Positions 48,302-57,351 of a DNA stretch of 64,000 bases are shown here, one piece after another. A program made the translations under genes and the position numbers. The first letter of the stretch is position 1. Each line of letters opens with the position of its first letter. Below the pieces are notes generated by a model. That model ran no database searches and was not told the DNA's origin. It saw only the letters and a list, made by a program, of their open reading frames with translations. Source of the DNA: a virus (lineage: Duplodnaviria > Caudoviricetes); IMG/VR virus record IMGVR_UViG_3300014208_000024, positions 192,001 through 256,000 of that record. One strand, written 5' to 3'.

Positions 48302-48733
48302 ATGGGACACGTTTTATCATCAGATACAATTTATGCAGCAGCATATTTAACAGAGTTAGGAAGAAAATATTTGTTTGATCCTCTGACCAACAACAGATTT
48401 GTGTCAGATGGAGCTGGTGGAACTATTGACGCTTTTAAAATAGTATATTTTTCTATGTCTGACCCAGACTATAATTACAATTTAACACCTGGAATTGTTT
48501 TTGAAACTGGTGATATAGCTAATATTTCTGGAAAAAATGAAGATTGTATAAAAGGTACAATTGTTAATGAAGAAGATAATTTAATATCTGTTAACGGACA
48601 AGTTGATGGAGTAACTGGATTAAATCCAAATGACAATGTTACAGTAGATGTTCCTTTTACATTAGCAACAAATATAGCAGATAGTACAGTTAGAATTAAC
48701 ATAAGTGCTTTACCAGTTTCTACAACTGCATAA
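48302..48733 (+). CDS. Structural protein, paralogous to the N-terminus of 46066..48267
   Basis: YLTELGRKYL...FKIVYFSMSDPDYNY aligns by eye with KLTDTGRRLL...FNKIILSDREVNY. Confidence 0.55.
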   Translation: MGHVLSSDTIYAAAYLTELGRKYLFDPLTNNRFVSDGAGGTIDAFKIVYFSMSDPDYNYNLTPGIVFETGDIANISGKNEDCIKGTIVNEEDNLISVNGQVDGVTGLNPNDNVTVDVPFTLATNIADSTVRINISALPVSTTA

Positions 48734-48755
48734 TTTAAATTATAAAAAAAATAAC

Positions 48756-49460
48756 ATGGCAACAAATACACAAATTTCAAGAATGACGAGCATAGCTTCA
48801 AAAAATGGGGTTACTTTTGAACAGGCTGTTAACACAGATTCTGGTAAAGCTACTTTGTTTTTAAAAGAAAATCCACACCCAACAAACTCTGTGGTTGCAA
48901 AGTCAGTTCAATTAATTACTTATTATGGAGGAAATATAAACAACAACAACATTGCTGTTGAACAATATTTTATAAAACCAAACTCTGTTGGATGGCTTCG
49001 TGTTGGAACACAAAAGGGAACATGGGTTCTTAATATTCCAAATAGTATATATGCACTTAAAGTTTATGGACCAGACGATAGTAATGCAAAATATTACAAC
49101 TATGTATTTGTTGTACCTTGTGTACAAGACAGAGGATATATAACTGGATATAGGGATTACACAAATTCAGTTCCAAAAGAATTTGTTACTGCATTTGTAA
49201 AATTTGCAAGTACTTTGCCAAATAATCTTGAAGATATATCTCCAGCCGCAGTGCCAATGACACAAAAAAGAAAAGGTTTTGATGCCACACTAGCAACTCA
49301 AAGTGTTCAATATGCATTTAGTTTTTGGGGAAGTTTAAGTGGTACACTAAGTAAAACATCAAGTTTTTATTTTGAATTTGTATTTTATCCTGGCCAAGCC
49401 CCAGAAGCACCATCATTGTCTCCAATAACTAGCGTCGCAACACCAATATCAAGAATTTAA
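48756..49460 (+). CDS. Hypothetical structural protein
   Basis: ATG at 48756 (MATNTQISR...) follows an A-rich leader; the track start at 48705 is a TTG over-extension. Confidence 0.5.
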   Translation: MATNTQISRMTSIASKNGVTFEQAVNTDSGKATLFLKENPHPTNSVVAKSVQLITYYGGNINNNNIAVEQYFIKPNSVGWLRVGTQKGTWVLNIPNSIYALKVYGPDDSNAKYYNYVFVVPCVQDRGYITGYRDYTNSVPKEFVTAFVKFASTLPNNLEDISPAAVPMTQKRKGFDATLATQSVQYAFSFWGSLSGTLSKTSSFYFEFVFYPGQAPEAPSLSPITSVATPISRI

Positions 49461-49472
49461 AAAAACAGCATT

Positions 49473-50651
49473 ATGGCAGAAATAAACAAAAGACTGGTAA
49501 ATTCAGCAACTTCCGTAAGGAAAGAAGTATCAACATGGACTAGTTTGTCTGACGTTCAGCTATCATATACTTTAGCAGATAGATCAGTAGTTGGTTCAAA
49601 AAATGGGCATTATTTTTCATCGTTTAATATGCCACACAAACGTTCAAATTCTATTTTTTATAGTGCGGACACATTATCAAGATTAAATCCACAATTGTTT
49701 CAATTAAATGTTGACAAAATTGTTGTAATTCCTATAAGTGAAAATAATTACAGTGAATATATTGATGGAAGATCAATTACCTTACAAGTTCCTCAATGGG
49801 GCGGATCTTATAAAACGGTTATTTCTAGTTTTTATTCAGACAAAATGAGAACATCCAAAGTATCTGATTCACCAATAAAATACTTTGGTCCAAATAATGT
49901 TGCATTTTTATTTTCTGACGATGTAAATAAACCTTTTACTGGAACAACTGAAGGTGGCGCTGTGAATCACAATGCTGTTACTTCATGGAATCCATCAACT
50001 GATTTTAGACAGAGACCTGCGGCTGTTGCTTATTCTCCAGAAGTGAAACCACTTGACTACAACAAAGACCAACGTCCATGGTCTTCTGTAAAGTTATCAG
50101 TACCAGTAAATCAAGCTTATCCAAAATCACTTAATTCATATGATGATGTTGCAACTGGATATAATTATGATATTCCTGTTGGATTTGTTTGTCTTGATAA
50201 AGGATTTGTAGTGTTAACTCATCCAGAAATAATTAATAATATTCCATGGACTTCTGGAAGTACGACATACGAAGCTGGCTATGCAGATACAAGTGCTGGA
50301 ACAAATATAATAAACGGATCAAATGCAGGATCTACAAGTGCAACAACTAGAATTGTATTTACCAGTACAACTTCTACTATGTCATACGAAGATATTAGTA
50401 TAAGATATATGACATCCATTGTATGTATTGCAATGCCAGGAGAATTTTTTATTTCAAAAAATCCAACATGGCCTTTGTCTAGAAATATGGCAGAAATTAG
50501 CAATCAATCAACAAATTTTGATTCTATATTTATTACGCAAGTTGGTTTGTATAATATTTACGAGCAATTAATTGCAGTGGCAAAATTAGATAGACCAGTC
50601 GAAAAAACATATGATAGTATTCTTTCGTTTAACTTGGAAATTGACATATAA
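49473..50651 (+). CDS. Structural protein, paralogous to the C-terminus of 46066..48267
   Basis: C-terminal IFITQVGLYNIYEQLIAVAKLDRPVEK...LSFNLEIDI versus FITEIGILNKNNELVAVAKPAYPIKK...LAFQLELDF. Confidence 0.6.
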   Translation: MAEINKRLVNSATSVRKEVSTWTSLSDVQLSYTLADRSVVGSKNGHYFSSFNMPHKRSNSIFYSADTLSRLNPQLFQLNVDKIVVIPISENNYSEYIDGRSITLQVPQWGGSYKTVISSFYSDKMRTSKVSDSPIKYFGPNNVAFLFSDDVNKPFTGTTEGGAVNHNAVTSWNPSTDFRQRPAAVAYSPEVKPLDYNKDQRPWSSVKLSVPVNQAYPKSLNSYDDVATGYNYDIPVGFVCLDKGFVVLTHPEIINNIPWTSGSTTYEAGYADTSAGTNIINGSNAGSTSATTRIVFTSTTSTMSYEDISIRYMTSIVCIAMPGEFFISKNPTWPLSRNMAEISNQSTNFDSIFITQVGLYNIYEQLIAVAKLDRPVEKTYDSILSFNLEIDI

Positions 50652-50667
50652 TAATTAAACAATTTTT

Positions 50668-50700
50668 AAAAAGGGGAAAATAAAAAGTTCCCCTTTTTTT
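50668..50700 (+). terminator. Intrinsic terminator ending the structural block
   Basis: AAAAAGGGGAA-AATAAAAAG-TTCCCCTTTTTTT. Confidence 0.8.
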
Positions 50701-50716
50701 ATTTTATCTATTGATT

Positions 50717-50724
50717 TATATTTG
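50717..50724 (+). promoter_or_regulatory. Bacteroidota-type -7 box (TATATTTG)
   Basis: TAnnTTTG lies 38 nt upstream of ATG 50763, just after the terminator; no clear -33 element. Confidence 0.4.
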
Positions 50725-50762
50725 TTTTTTTTATATATTTTATTTAAATAAAATTTAAAAAT

Positions 50763-51305
50763 ATGTTATTATCTTTAGATATAAGTACATCTTGTATAGG
50801 ATATTCGGTGTTTAACGAAAAAAACACTTTGATTGAAATGGATTTTGTAAAATTCGATAGTAAAAAAAGTCTGTTTGAAAAATTAGAAACATTCAAAGAT
50901 AAACTTTGTCATTTATTGAAATTTGAGATCACATCAATAGCAATAGAAGAACCTCTTCAAAAATTTCAAGGAAAGTTTTCAAGTGCTCATACCATTTCTA
51001 TTTTAAACTTCTTTAATGGGATGATTAGTTCTTTTTTATATAATCACTTTAAAATAGAACCAATTTATTATAATGTGAATAATGCTAGGTCAGTAGTATT
51101 GCCTGGTTTTAAAATAAAAAAAGAAGGCGCCTCTACAAAACACCAAATTTGGGAAAAGGTTGTGGAAATGGAACCACAAATCAATTGGAAATACGGAATA
51201 AAAAGCAGAAAGCTGTTGGAGGAAAATTATGATATGGCAGATTCATATATAATTGGAAAGTGTTTTATAAAAATGTCTGATATTCAAAGAAATAAAGTTT
51301 CTTAA
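50763..51305 (+). CDS. RuvC-like Holliday junction resolvase
   Basis: LLSLDISTSCIGYSVF (catalytic Asp), IAIEEP (Glu), K.QIWEKV and YDMADSYIIG (DxxD). Confidence 0.8.
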   Translation: MLLSLDISTSCIGYSVFNEKNTLIEMDFVKFDSKKSLFEKLETFKDKLCHLLKFEITSIAIEEPLQKFQGKFSSAHTISILNFFNGMISSFLYNHFKIEPIYYNVNNARSVVLPGFKIKKEGASTKHQIWEKVVEMEPQINWKYGIKSRKLLEENYDMADSYIIGKCFIKMSDIQRNKVS

Positions 51306-51336
51306 TTTTTCCATTAGTATTTTCACTTTTTTTTTA

Positions 51337-51344
51337 TATTTATA
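51337..51344 (+). promoter_or_regulatory. Putative late-promoter box TATTTATA
   Basis: 27 nt upstream of the lipoprotein ATG at 51372. Confidence 0.4.
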
Positions 51345-51371
51345 GGCAACTTTAATTAAAAATTTATAAAA

Positions 51372-51563
51372 ATGAAAAAATTTATCACATTATTATTTGC
51401 ACTTTTAGTAGTTGCATTAATTTCCTGTAACTCTGGAGAAACAAAAGATGTTGTAGTGGATTCAACATTAGTTAGCATTGATACATGTATTGTAAAACCA
51501 GATTCATGCATGACATCTGTAGATACTTGTAAAAAAGTAGATTCCATAGTTGTAAAAAAATAA
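51372..51563 (+). CDS. Small lipoprotein (63 aa) with repeated D(S/T)x motifs
   Basis: MKK, a hydrophobic core and the lipobox ALISC (Cys19); mature part contains DST, DTC, DSC, DTC and DSI. Confidence 0.75.
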   Translation: MKKFITLLFALLVVALISCNSGETKDVVVDSTLVSIDTCIVKPDSCMTSVDTCKKVDSIVVKK

Positions 51564-51579
51564 ATCAGCAACAAATGGC

Positions 51580-51615
51580 AAAAAAACTCTCAAGTCGATG
51601 ATTTGGGAGTTTTTT
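51580..51615 (+). terminator. Intrinsic terminator after the lipoprotein gene
   Basis: AAAAAACTCTCAA-GTCGATGAT-TTGGGAGTTTTTT. Confidence 0.75.
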
Positions 51616-51632
51616 ATTTTTACACATTTTGT

Positions 51633-51663
51633 TTTGATTTTTCAATAAATAATACTATATTTG
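51633..51663 (+). promoter_or_regulatory. Bacteroidota-type sigma70 promoter, full consensus
   Basis: TTTG (51633-36), 19 nt, then TATATTTG (51656-63), upstream of primase ATG 51670. Confidence 0.65.
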
Positions 51664-51669
51664 CAAACT

Positions 51670-52668
51670 ATGGAAGATCAAAAATTCATAATACTGTCTA
51701 TTTTAAAAAATTTTCTCGGAGACCCCAAATCATTTAAAGACTTGGAAACTAGAAAACAGTTGGAATTTAATTGCCAAAGTCATCAGTGTAAAAACGATGT
51801 AGATAAATACAATTTAGCTTTCAATACAGATGAAAATATATACAAATGTTGGAAATGTAAAGACAGTGGAATAATTCACAAATTAGTTTATAAATATGGA
51901 TCAACAGAAGATAATAAAAGGTTAAAATTAATAATGCCTACATATACAGGTAATTATATAAATGTTTTTCGCAAACACACGATAAATCACAATTTAATTA
52001 CCTGCCCACTTCCAGAAGGGTATATTCCAATAACTTCAACAATAAAAACAACAATGCATAAATTGGCATATGATTATGTCATAAAAAAAAGAAAACTATC
52101 AATAGATCAATTGTTTCATAATAAAATAGGGTACACAGAAATTGGTGCTTATAGAAATAGAATAATAATCCCATCATTCAACGATTATGGTAATGTTAAT
52201 TATTTTGAAGCGAGAACATTTCTTAAAAACGTAAAACTACCATATTACAAACCAGATCAAAAGGCTTTTCCAGAAAAAAACATACCAGAGAAATATGATA
52301 TAATTTTTAACGAAATAAATATAAATTGGGATTTGCCCATTTATTTAGTTGAAGGAGTGTTTGATATGTTTAGAATTCCAAACTCCATTCCGATGCTTGG
52401 AAAAACACCATCTTGGTTATTAATATCAAAATTAATTGAACATAACTCTACAATTATTATATGTTTAGACGAAGATGCAATTAAAGACAGTTTTGAAATA
52501 TATGAACAGCTTTCGTCTTTAGGTTTGGATGTTTATTTTGTAGACTTAAAAGGATTGGGAGATATTTCATATCATTATGAACAAAACGGAGAAAAAGCAA
52601 TAGTTGAACTTTTGAAAAAAAGGAAAAAAATAGATTTTATTTATAAAATGTCAAGAATATTAAATTAA
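51670..52668 (+). CDS. DNA primase (Zn-binding domain + TOPRIM)
   Basis: FNCQSHQC...YKCWKC zinc site, YRNRIIIPSF...YFEAR, YLVEGVFD and ICLDEDA (DxD). ATG at 51670; the track's TTG start is within the promoter. Confidence 0.85.
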   Translation: MEDQKFIILSILKNFLGDPKSFKDLETRKQLEFNCQSHQCKNDVDKYNLAFNTDENIYKCWKCKDSGIIHKLVYKYGSTEDNKRLKLIMPTYTGNYINVFRKHTINHNLITCPLPEGYIPITSTIKTTMHKLAYDYVIKKRKLSIDQLFHNKIGYTEIGAYRNRIIIPSFNDYGNVNYFEARTFLKNVKLPYYKPDQKAFPEKNIPEKYDIIFNEININWDLPIYLVEGVFDMFRIPNSIPMLGKTPSWLLISKLIEHNSTIIICLDEDAIKDSFEIYEQLSSLGLDVYFVDLKGLGDISYHYEQNGEKAIVELLKKRKKIDFIYKMSRILN

Positions 52669-53549
52669 TTAGTTGTTTTTACAAACAGCTTGCTTTTAGA
52701 ATTTAATCCAGCAAGCCTAAAGTGTTCTTTAATTTCTAAAAATTTTTTATATTTTCTTTGTAATCCAATGTTGTCCAATTCTGTTGTTTTATAAATATAT
52801 TCACCAAAACTTAATAATGAATTTTTATTAGTAAATCTAAGATGAGAATATTTGTTTCCATTTTTAGTAATTATTCTTTTTATTGTATAACTACATTTTA
52901 ATTGTTTCATAAGATTTTCTAAATCAATCCAACATTGTTCATAGGAACCAGATATACTATATTGTTTACAAAATCCATTTGGATTTGTGTAAAAACAACC
53001 ATCTCCATCTGAAAATCCAAGAAAAAAATAACTTTTTAAATTATCAGGAATTTTATTTAATATTTTTGTTGGAGAAACCAATGATTTTTTATCATAATCA
53101 TTTTCTAATAAAAAATTATATATAAATGGATTTGTAGTTGACACCGATATTGTTTCTTTCCAATGTTTTTTATCTTTACGTTTATAATATTTCCATGTTC
53201 CAATTGACTCAAATAAAAATTTTATTTGTTTCATATCTTCACTTGCTATTTTTAAAATTGTAATACAGGAATTATATTTTTTATTATGAGCAATACACCC
53301 ATCTGCCCACAAAAAACCTAATATATAAGCCGACTCTGGAGTTGATATATTTGTAATTTTGTTGTGATTTATATTAAACTTATCATTTTTTATATAAGAT
53401 AGATTTAATTTTTGCACCATCCATTTAACATTAGATTTAGTTTTTTTTAAAAAGTCTATACAATACTTCATTTTCTTTTCTTTGTAATTTTTTTTTAAAA
53501 AACACACCTCTTCTTTTGTCCACTTTTTAGACATAACACGATCTTTCAT
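52665..53549 (-). CDS. Free-standing double-motif LAGLIDADG homing endonuclease
   Basis: SAYILGFLWADGCI and YFFLGFSDGDGCF motifs; N-terminal KWTKEEVCFLKKNY helical extension; C-terminal GLQRKY.KF. Confidence 0.85.
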   Translation of the reverse strand: MKDRVMSKKWTKEEVCFLKKNYKEKKMKYCIDFLKKTKSNVKWMVQKLNLSYIKNDKFNINHNKITNISTPESAYILGFLWADGCIAHNKKYNSCITILKIASEDMKQIKFLFESIGTWKYYKRKDKKHWKETISVSTTNPFIYNFLLENDYDKKSLVSPTKILNKIPDNLKSYFFLGFSDGDGCFYTNPNGFCKQYSISGSYEQCWIDLENLMKQLKCSYTIKRIITKNGNKYSHLRFTNKNSLLSFGEYIYKTTELDNIGLQRKYKKFLEIKEHFRLAGLNSKSKLFVKTTN

Positions 53550-53559
53550 GGTTGTTTTA

Positions 53560-53736
53560 TTAATTATTTAACATTTGCTCCATAGATTCTCTGACAAATT
53601 CAGATATTTTAATAATTTTACCTCGTTGAACACTTTGCTCAATTGTTTTTTTAACACATCTTTGATATAAATCATCACTTAATCTAAATGTTAATGTCCT
53701 AAACTCTATTGCTTTATTTTCATCTTCTTTTTTCAT
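53560..53736 (-). CDS. Small ribbon-helix-helix protein, 58 aa, absent from the ORF track
   Basis: Hand translation MKKEDENKAIEFRTLTFRLSDDLYQRCVKKTIEQSVQRGKIIKISEFVRESMEQMLNN*. Its stop lies 10 nt before the LAGLIDADG ATG. Confidence 0.7.
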   Translation of the reverse strand: MKKEDENKAIEFRTLTFRLSDDLYQRCVKKTIEQSVQRGKIIKISEFVRESMEQMLNN

Positions 53737-53833
53737 AATTGTTTTTTAAATTGTTTTGTCTTACATAAATATATGAAAAAATTATAAAATAAAAATATTT
53801 AAAACAATTCTTTTAAAAACAGAATAAATGTTA

Positions 53834-53841
53834 TATCTTTG
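53834..53841 (+). promoter_or_regulatory. Bacteroidota-type -7 box (TATCTTTG)
   Basis: TAnnTTTG 15 nt upstream of ATG 53857. Confidence 0.55.
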
Positions 53842-53856
53842 CATAAATAAAATTTT

Positions 53857-56800
53857 ATGAAAAATAACATTTCCATAGCACATATAAGTGACCAGCATAT
53901 CCGATTTTCATCAAGACACCAAGAATATAAAGAAGTTTTTGAAAGATTATATGAGGATTTAAAAAAAATAAAACCAGATTACATAATTTGTACAGGAGAT
54001 TTAAATCATTTAAAAATAAACATGTCGCCTTCGTCTATTGATTTGGCATCTGAATTTCTAATTAGTTTAGCAAAAATCTCTCCAACATATTTAATATTAG
54101 GAAATCATGATCTTAATGTCCAATGTAAGGAGCAAGGAGATACTGTATCTCCAATAATAGATATTGCAAATAAATTTTATGATTTAACAAATCCAACACC
54201 TAGAATAGATAACAAAGTAGCTCATATTGTTTCAGAAAGAAATAAGGAAAAAATAGACTTTTCAAAAAAAGGAATTTATTTATTTCCAGAAAGTGGATTT
54301 TACAAAATTTCAAATAAACTTATATTTGGAGTTTATTCATGTAAAGACAATAAAATATTAACATTAGACAAAAAAGAACCAGGTGTTAAATATGTAGCAT
54401 TATATCACGGAAAAATAAAGGGAGCTAGAGGGGATAATGGATATGAATTAATGGGTGATGATTTATTAAATATATCTACATTTAACAATTTTGATGCTGT
54501 TTTAATGGGAGATATTCATTTATATCAATCATTTCAAAATGATTCTATTGCATATTCAGGCGCTCTCATTCAACAAGATTATGGAAGTGATATAAATTGT
54601 GGATATTTATTGTGGAGTTTAAATTTGGAAAGCGAAACTGTAACTCACCAAAGAAAATATATTTTAAATGATTATGGTTTTGCAAAAATAACAATTGCAA
54701 AAGGAGAAAATATAGAAGAAAGAATTGAAAACATTAAATTCAGTAACAATAAAAAACAAACAAAAGTTTATATAATCTGGGAAGATTATGAGGAAAATTA
54801 TTCTACAGAAAAAGAATCTCAAATTGCAAAATTAGTAAAAGAAAAATTTGGTTGTGACGTTGTGAAGGTAGAATTTTCTGAAATCAAAAAAATACAACAA
54901 GACAATACTGATGTAGCAGATTCAAAAAATCAAGAAACATTTTTACAACAAATATCTACATATCTAAAAGAAATAAATCCAGATGAAGATGAGTCTATAA
55001 TAAAAGAAGTTCTTTCTTTGGCAGAGTTTATTGATAAAGAATTGGAGATTACAGATAAAGTTGAAGATGTTAAGCTTTGGGATGTTGATAGTATTGAAAT
55101 TTCTAACATATTTTCATTTCCAGAAAAACCAATTTTTATTAATCTGGAAAAAATGAGAGGTTCTACTGGAGTGTTTGGTAAAAACTATTCTGGTAAATCC
55201 AATGTTGTCAAAGCAATTGTTTGGGGATTATATCAACACATTCTTGGAGGCGGAAGTGCAAAGAAAATTGTAAACATTTACACATCTTCTAATAAGGGAT
55301 ATGTAAAAATTCACCTTACAATAGATGGTGAAAAATATTATTTAAAAAGAGAAGTTATAACAAAAGTCGATAAATACGGAGAATCTTCAAACTCTTATCC
55401 AATTGAATATAGAAAACTGATAACTGACGACGATGGAAAACAAAAGTGGGTGCCAGAAATATCAGATAAAAAAGCAAACACAAAAGTAGAAGTTAAAAAC
55501 ATTGTTCTTTCTGCAATTGGAACAGTCGAAGATTTCACAAAAGTTTGTCTACAGACTCAAGGCGGAAAAGAAGATTATATTAATCAAGATCAACAACCAA
55601 AAAACGATTTGGTTAATAAATATCTTGGATTAGAACAGTTTAGAGACAGATATGATTATGGAAACAAAACATTTAACGATGTAAAGAAAAAACAAAAAGA
55701 GCTTGGAGATATAGTATCCCTTCAAGCAAAAGTATTAGAAGTTGAAGCATTAATAACAAAAATTCAGTCAGAATACGATGCTTTAGTTATTGAAAAAAAC
55801 CATTCTGAATCAAAAAAAGATGTTGTTGATAATAAAATTTTAGAATTGTCTAAAAATTTAAAACAGTATGTTAATCTATTAAGAGATGAAATTAACAACA
55901 GACAAGATATATTAAACAACATAAACACATTAGAAAATCAAATAAAAGAAGATGAGGTAAAACACAAATTTCTTTTTGAATGGATTTCTGTAAATTTTAA
56001 AAAAGAATTGCCATTCGATGAAAACGAAACTGTTGAAAAGTTAAATTCAGAATTAACAAAAGAAAGCAATCAATTTACAAAAGAAAGAAATAAATATGTT
56101 GAGATAGAAAAATGGATTAATGAAAATCCAATTAGAAATTTAGAAAGTATAGAGGGGTTTGATTTAATTATTCAAAATTTAAATTTTCAAATAGCAAATT
56201 TACAAGCAAAACTTCCAACATATAAAGGAGAACAGTGCCCAACTTGCGGAAATATTACACAAAAACCAAATATTGAAATGTATAACCAATGTTTGAGTGA
56301 AATTTCAACACAAACTGGAGTTTTAAATAGCTATATAAATGCAATTAACAAACATCGTGAAGACACCACTAATAACAAAAATGTTGAAATACAAAATTCA
56401 AATCTATTAGCTCTTCGTGCTACACTAACATCCAGGAAAGAGAAAAAGGAAAAATTAATAGAAAAAATATCTTTAATATCACAATCTAAAGAAATTTTAA
56501 TACACAATCAATTAGTAGAAGATAATAACAAATTGTTGCAAACTACAAAAAACAACATTGATATTAAAATAAAATTAATAGAAAAGTTAAAATTAAATCT
56601 TGAAAAAATAGTTCAAAATGAAGATGCAAAAAAACATAACATATCAATAGAAAAAGAAATTTTTGAATTACAAGAACAAAGTAAGGCATATAAATTTTCT
56701 ATTTATGGACTTTCACAACAAATAACCAATAAAAATGGGGACCTTAGAGTTGAAAAAAATAATTTGGAAAATTATAATAATAAACTCGAAGAAGTAAAGG

Positions 56801-57348
56801 CTGCAGAAAAAACATATAAAAAGCATTCTTTATATTTACAGGCAGTTCATAGAGATGGTATTCCAGCCAAAATTATTAGAAGAAAACTTCCAATAATTAA
56901 CAACAAAATTAACAGTATATTAAGCACGATTGTTAATTTTAGGATAGAAATGAGCGTAACAACAAAGGGTGATATTATAGAGGAGTTTTATTTCAGTCCA
57001 GACAAATCAGACACTCTTCCTCTTGCATTCGCTTCTGGTGCCCAAAAATTCATTTCTAGCGTTGTTATAAAGGATGCATTACATTATATGAGTAATCTTA
57101 TTAAACCGTCTTTAAACATAATTGATGAAGGATTTGGAACACTTGATGATGATTTGATTTCTGGAATCATAACTGTTTTGCAGTATCTTAAAAACAAATA
57201 TAAAAATGTTTTGATTATTACTCACAGAAATGAAATTAAAGATAGTGTTAATAATATTATAGAAGTTTATAAAACCTATGACAATATTTCACAAGAGGTT
57301 TTAAACACAAACGAACATGCAGGAATAACTCAAATTAATATATCATAA
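53857..57348 (+). CDS. Fused Mre11/SbcD nuclease - Rad50/SbcC ATPase (T4 gp47+gp46-like) in one ORF
   Basis: AHISDQHI, CTGDLNH, LGNHD, LYHG, MGDIH (phosphoesterase), then GVFGKNYSGKS (Walker A), Q-loop, coiled coil with CPTCG zinc hook, ASGAQK signature, IIDEGFGTLD (Walker B/D-loop) and IITH. Confidence 0.9.
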   Translation: MKNNISIAHISDQHIRFSSRHQEYKEVFERLYEDLKKIKPDYIICTGDLNHLKINMSPSSIDLASEFLISLAKISPTYLILGNHDLNVQCKEQGDTVSPIIDIANKFYDLTNPTPRIDNKVAHIVSERNKEKIDFSKKGIYLFPESGFYKISNKLIFGVYSCKDNKILTLDKKEPGVKYVALYHGKIKGARGDNGYELMGDDLLNISTFNNFDAVLMGDIHLYQSFQNDSIAYSGALIQQDYGSDINCGYLLWSLNLESETVTHQRKYILNDYGFAKITIAKGENIEERIENIKFSNNKKQTKVYIIWEDYEENYSTEKESQIAKLVKEKFGCDVVKVEFSEIKKIQQDNTDVADSKNQETFLQQISTYLKEINPDEDESIIKEVLSLAEFIDKELEITDKVEDVKLWDVDSIEISNIFSFPEKPIFINLEKMRGSTGVFGKNYSGKSNVVKAIVWGLYQHILGGGSAKKIVNIYTSSNKGYVKIHLTIDGEKYYLKREVITKVDKYGESSNSYPIEYRKLITDDDGKQKWVPEISDKKANTKVEVKNIVLSAIGTVEDFTKVCLQTQGGKEDYINQDQQPKNDLVNKYLGLEQFRDRYDYGNKTFNDVKKKQKELGDIVSLQAKVLEVEALITKIQSEYDALVIEKNHSESKKDVVDNKILELSKNLKQYVNLLRDEINNRQDILNNINTLENQIKEDEVKHKFLFEWISVNFKKELPFDENETVEKLNSELTKESNQFTKERNKYVEIEKWINENPIRNLESIEGFDLIIQNLNFQIANLQAKLPTYKGEQCPTCGNITQKPNIEMYNQCLSEISTQTGVLNSYINAINKHREDTTNNKNVEIQNSNLLALRATLTSRKEKKEKLIEKISLISQSKEILIHNQLVEDNNKLLQTTKNNIDIKIKLIEKLKLNLEKIVQNEDAKKHNISIEKEIFELQEQSKAYKFSIYGLSQQITNKNGDLRVEKNNLENYNNKLEEVKAAEKTYKKHSLYLQAVHRDGIPAKIIRRKLPIINNKINSILSTIVNFRIEMSVTTKGDIIEEFYFSPDKSDTLPLAFASGAQKFISSVVIKDALHYMSNLIKPSLNIIDEGFGTLDDDLISGIITVLQYLKNKYKNVLIITHRNEIKDSVNNIIEVYKTYDNISQEVLNTNEHAGITQINIS

Positions 57349-57351
57349 AAT

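Noticed and set aside
51356-51574. 72-aa minus-strand ORF
   Set aside because: It is the shadow of the lipoprotein, which has a clear signal peptide, upstream box and terminator.
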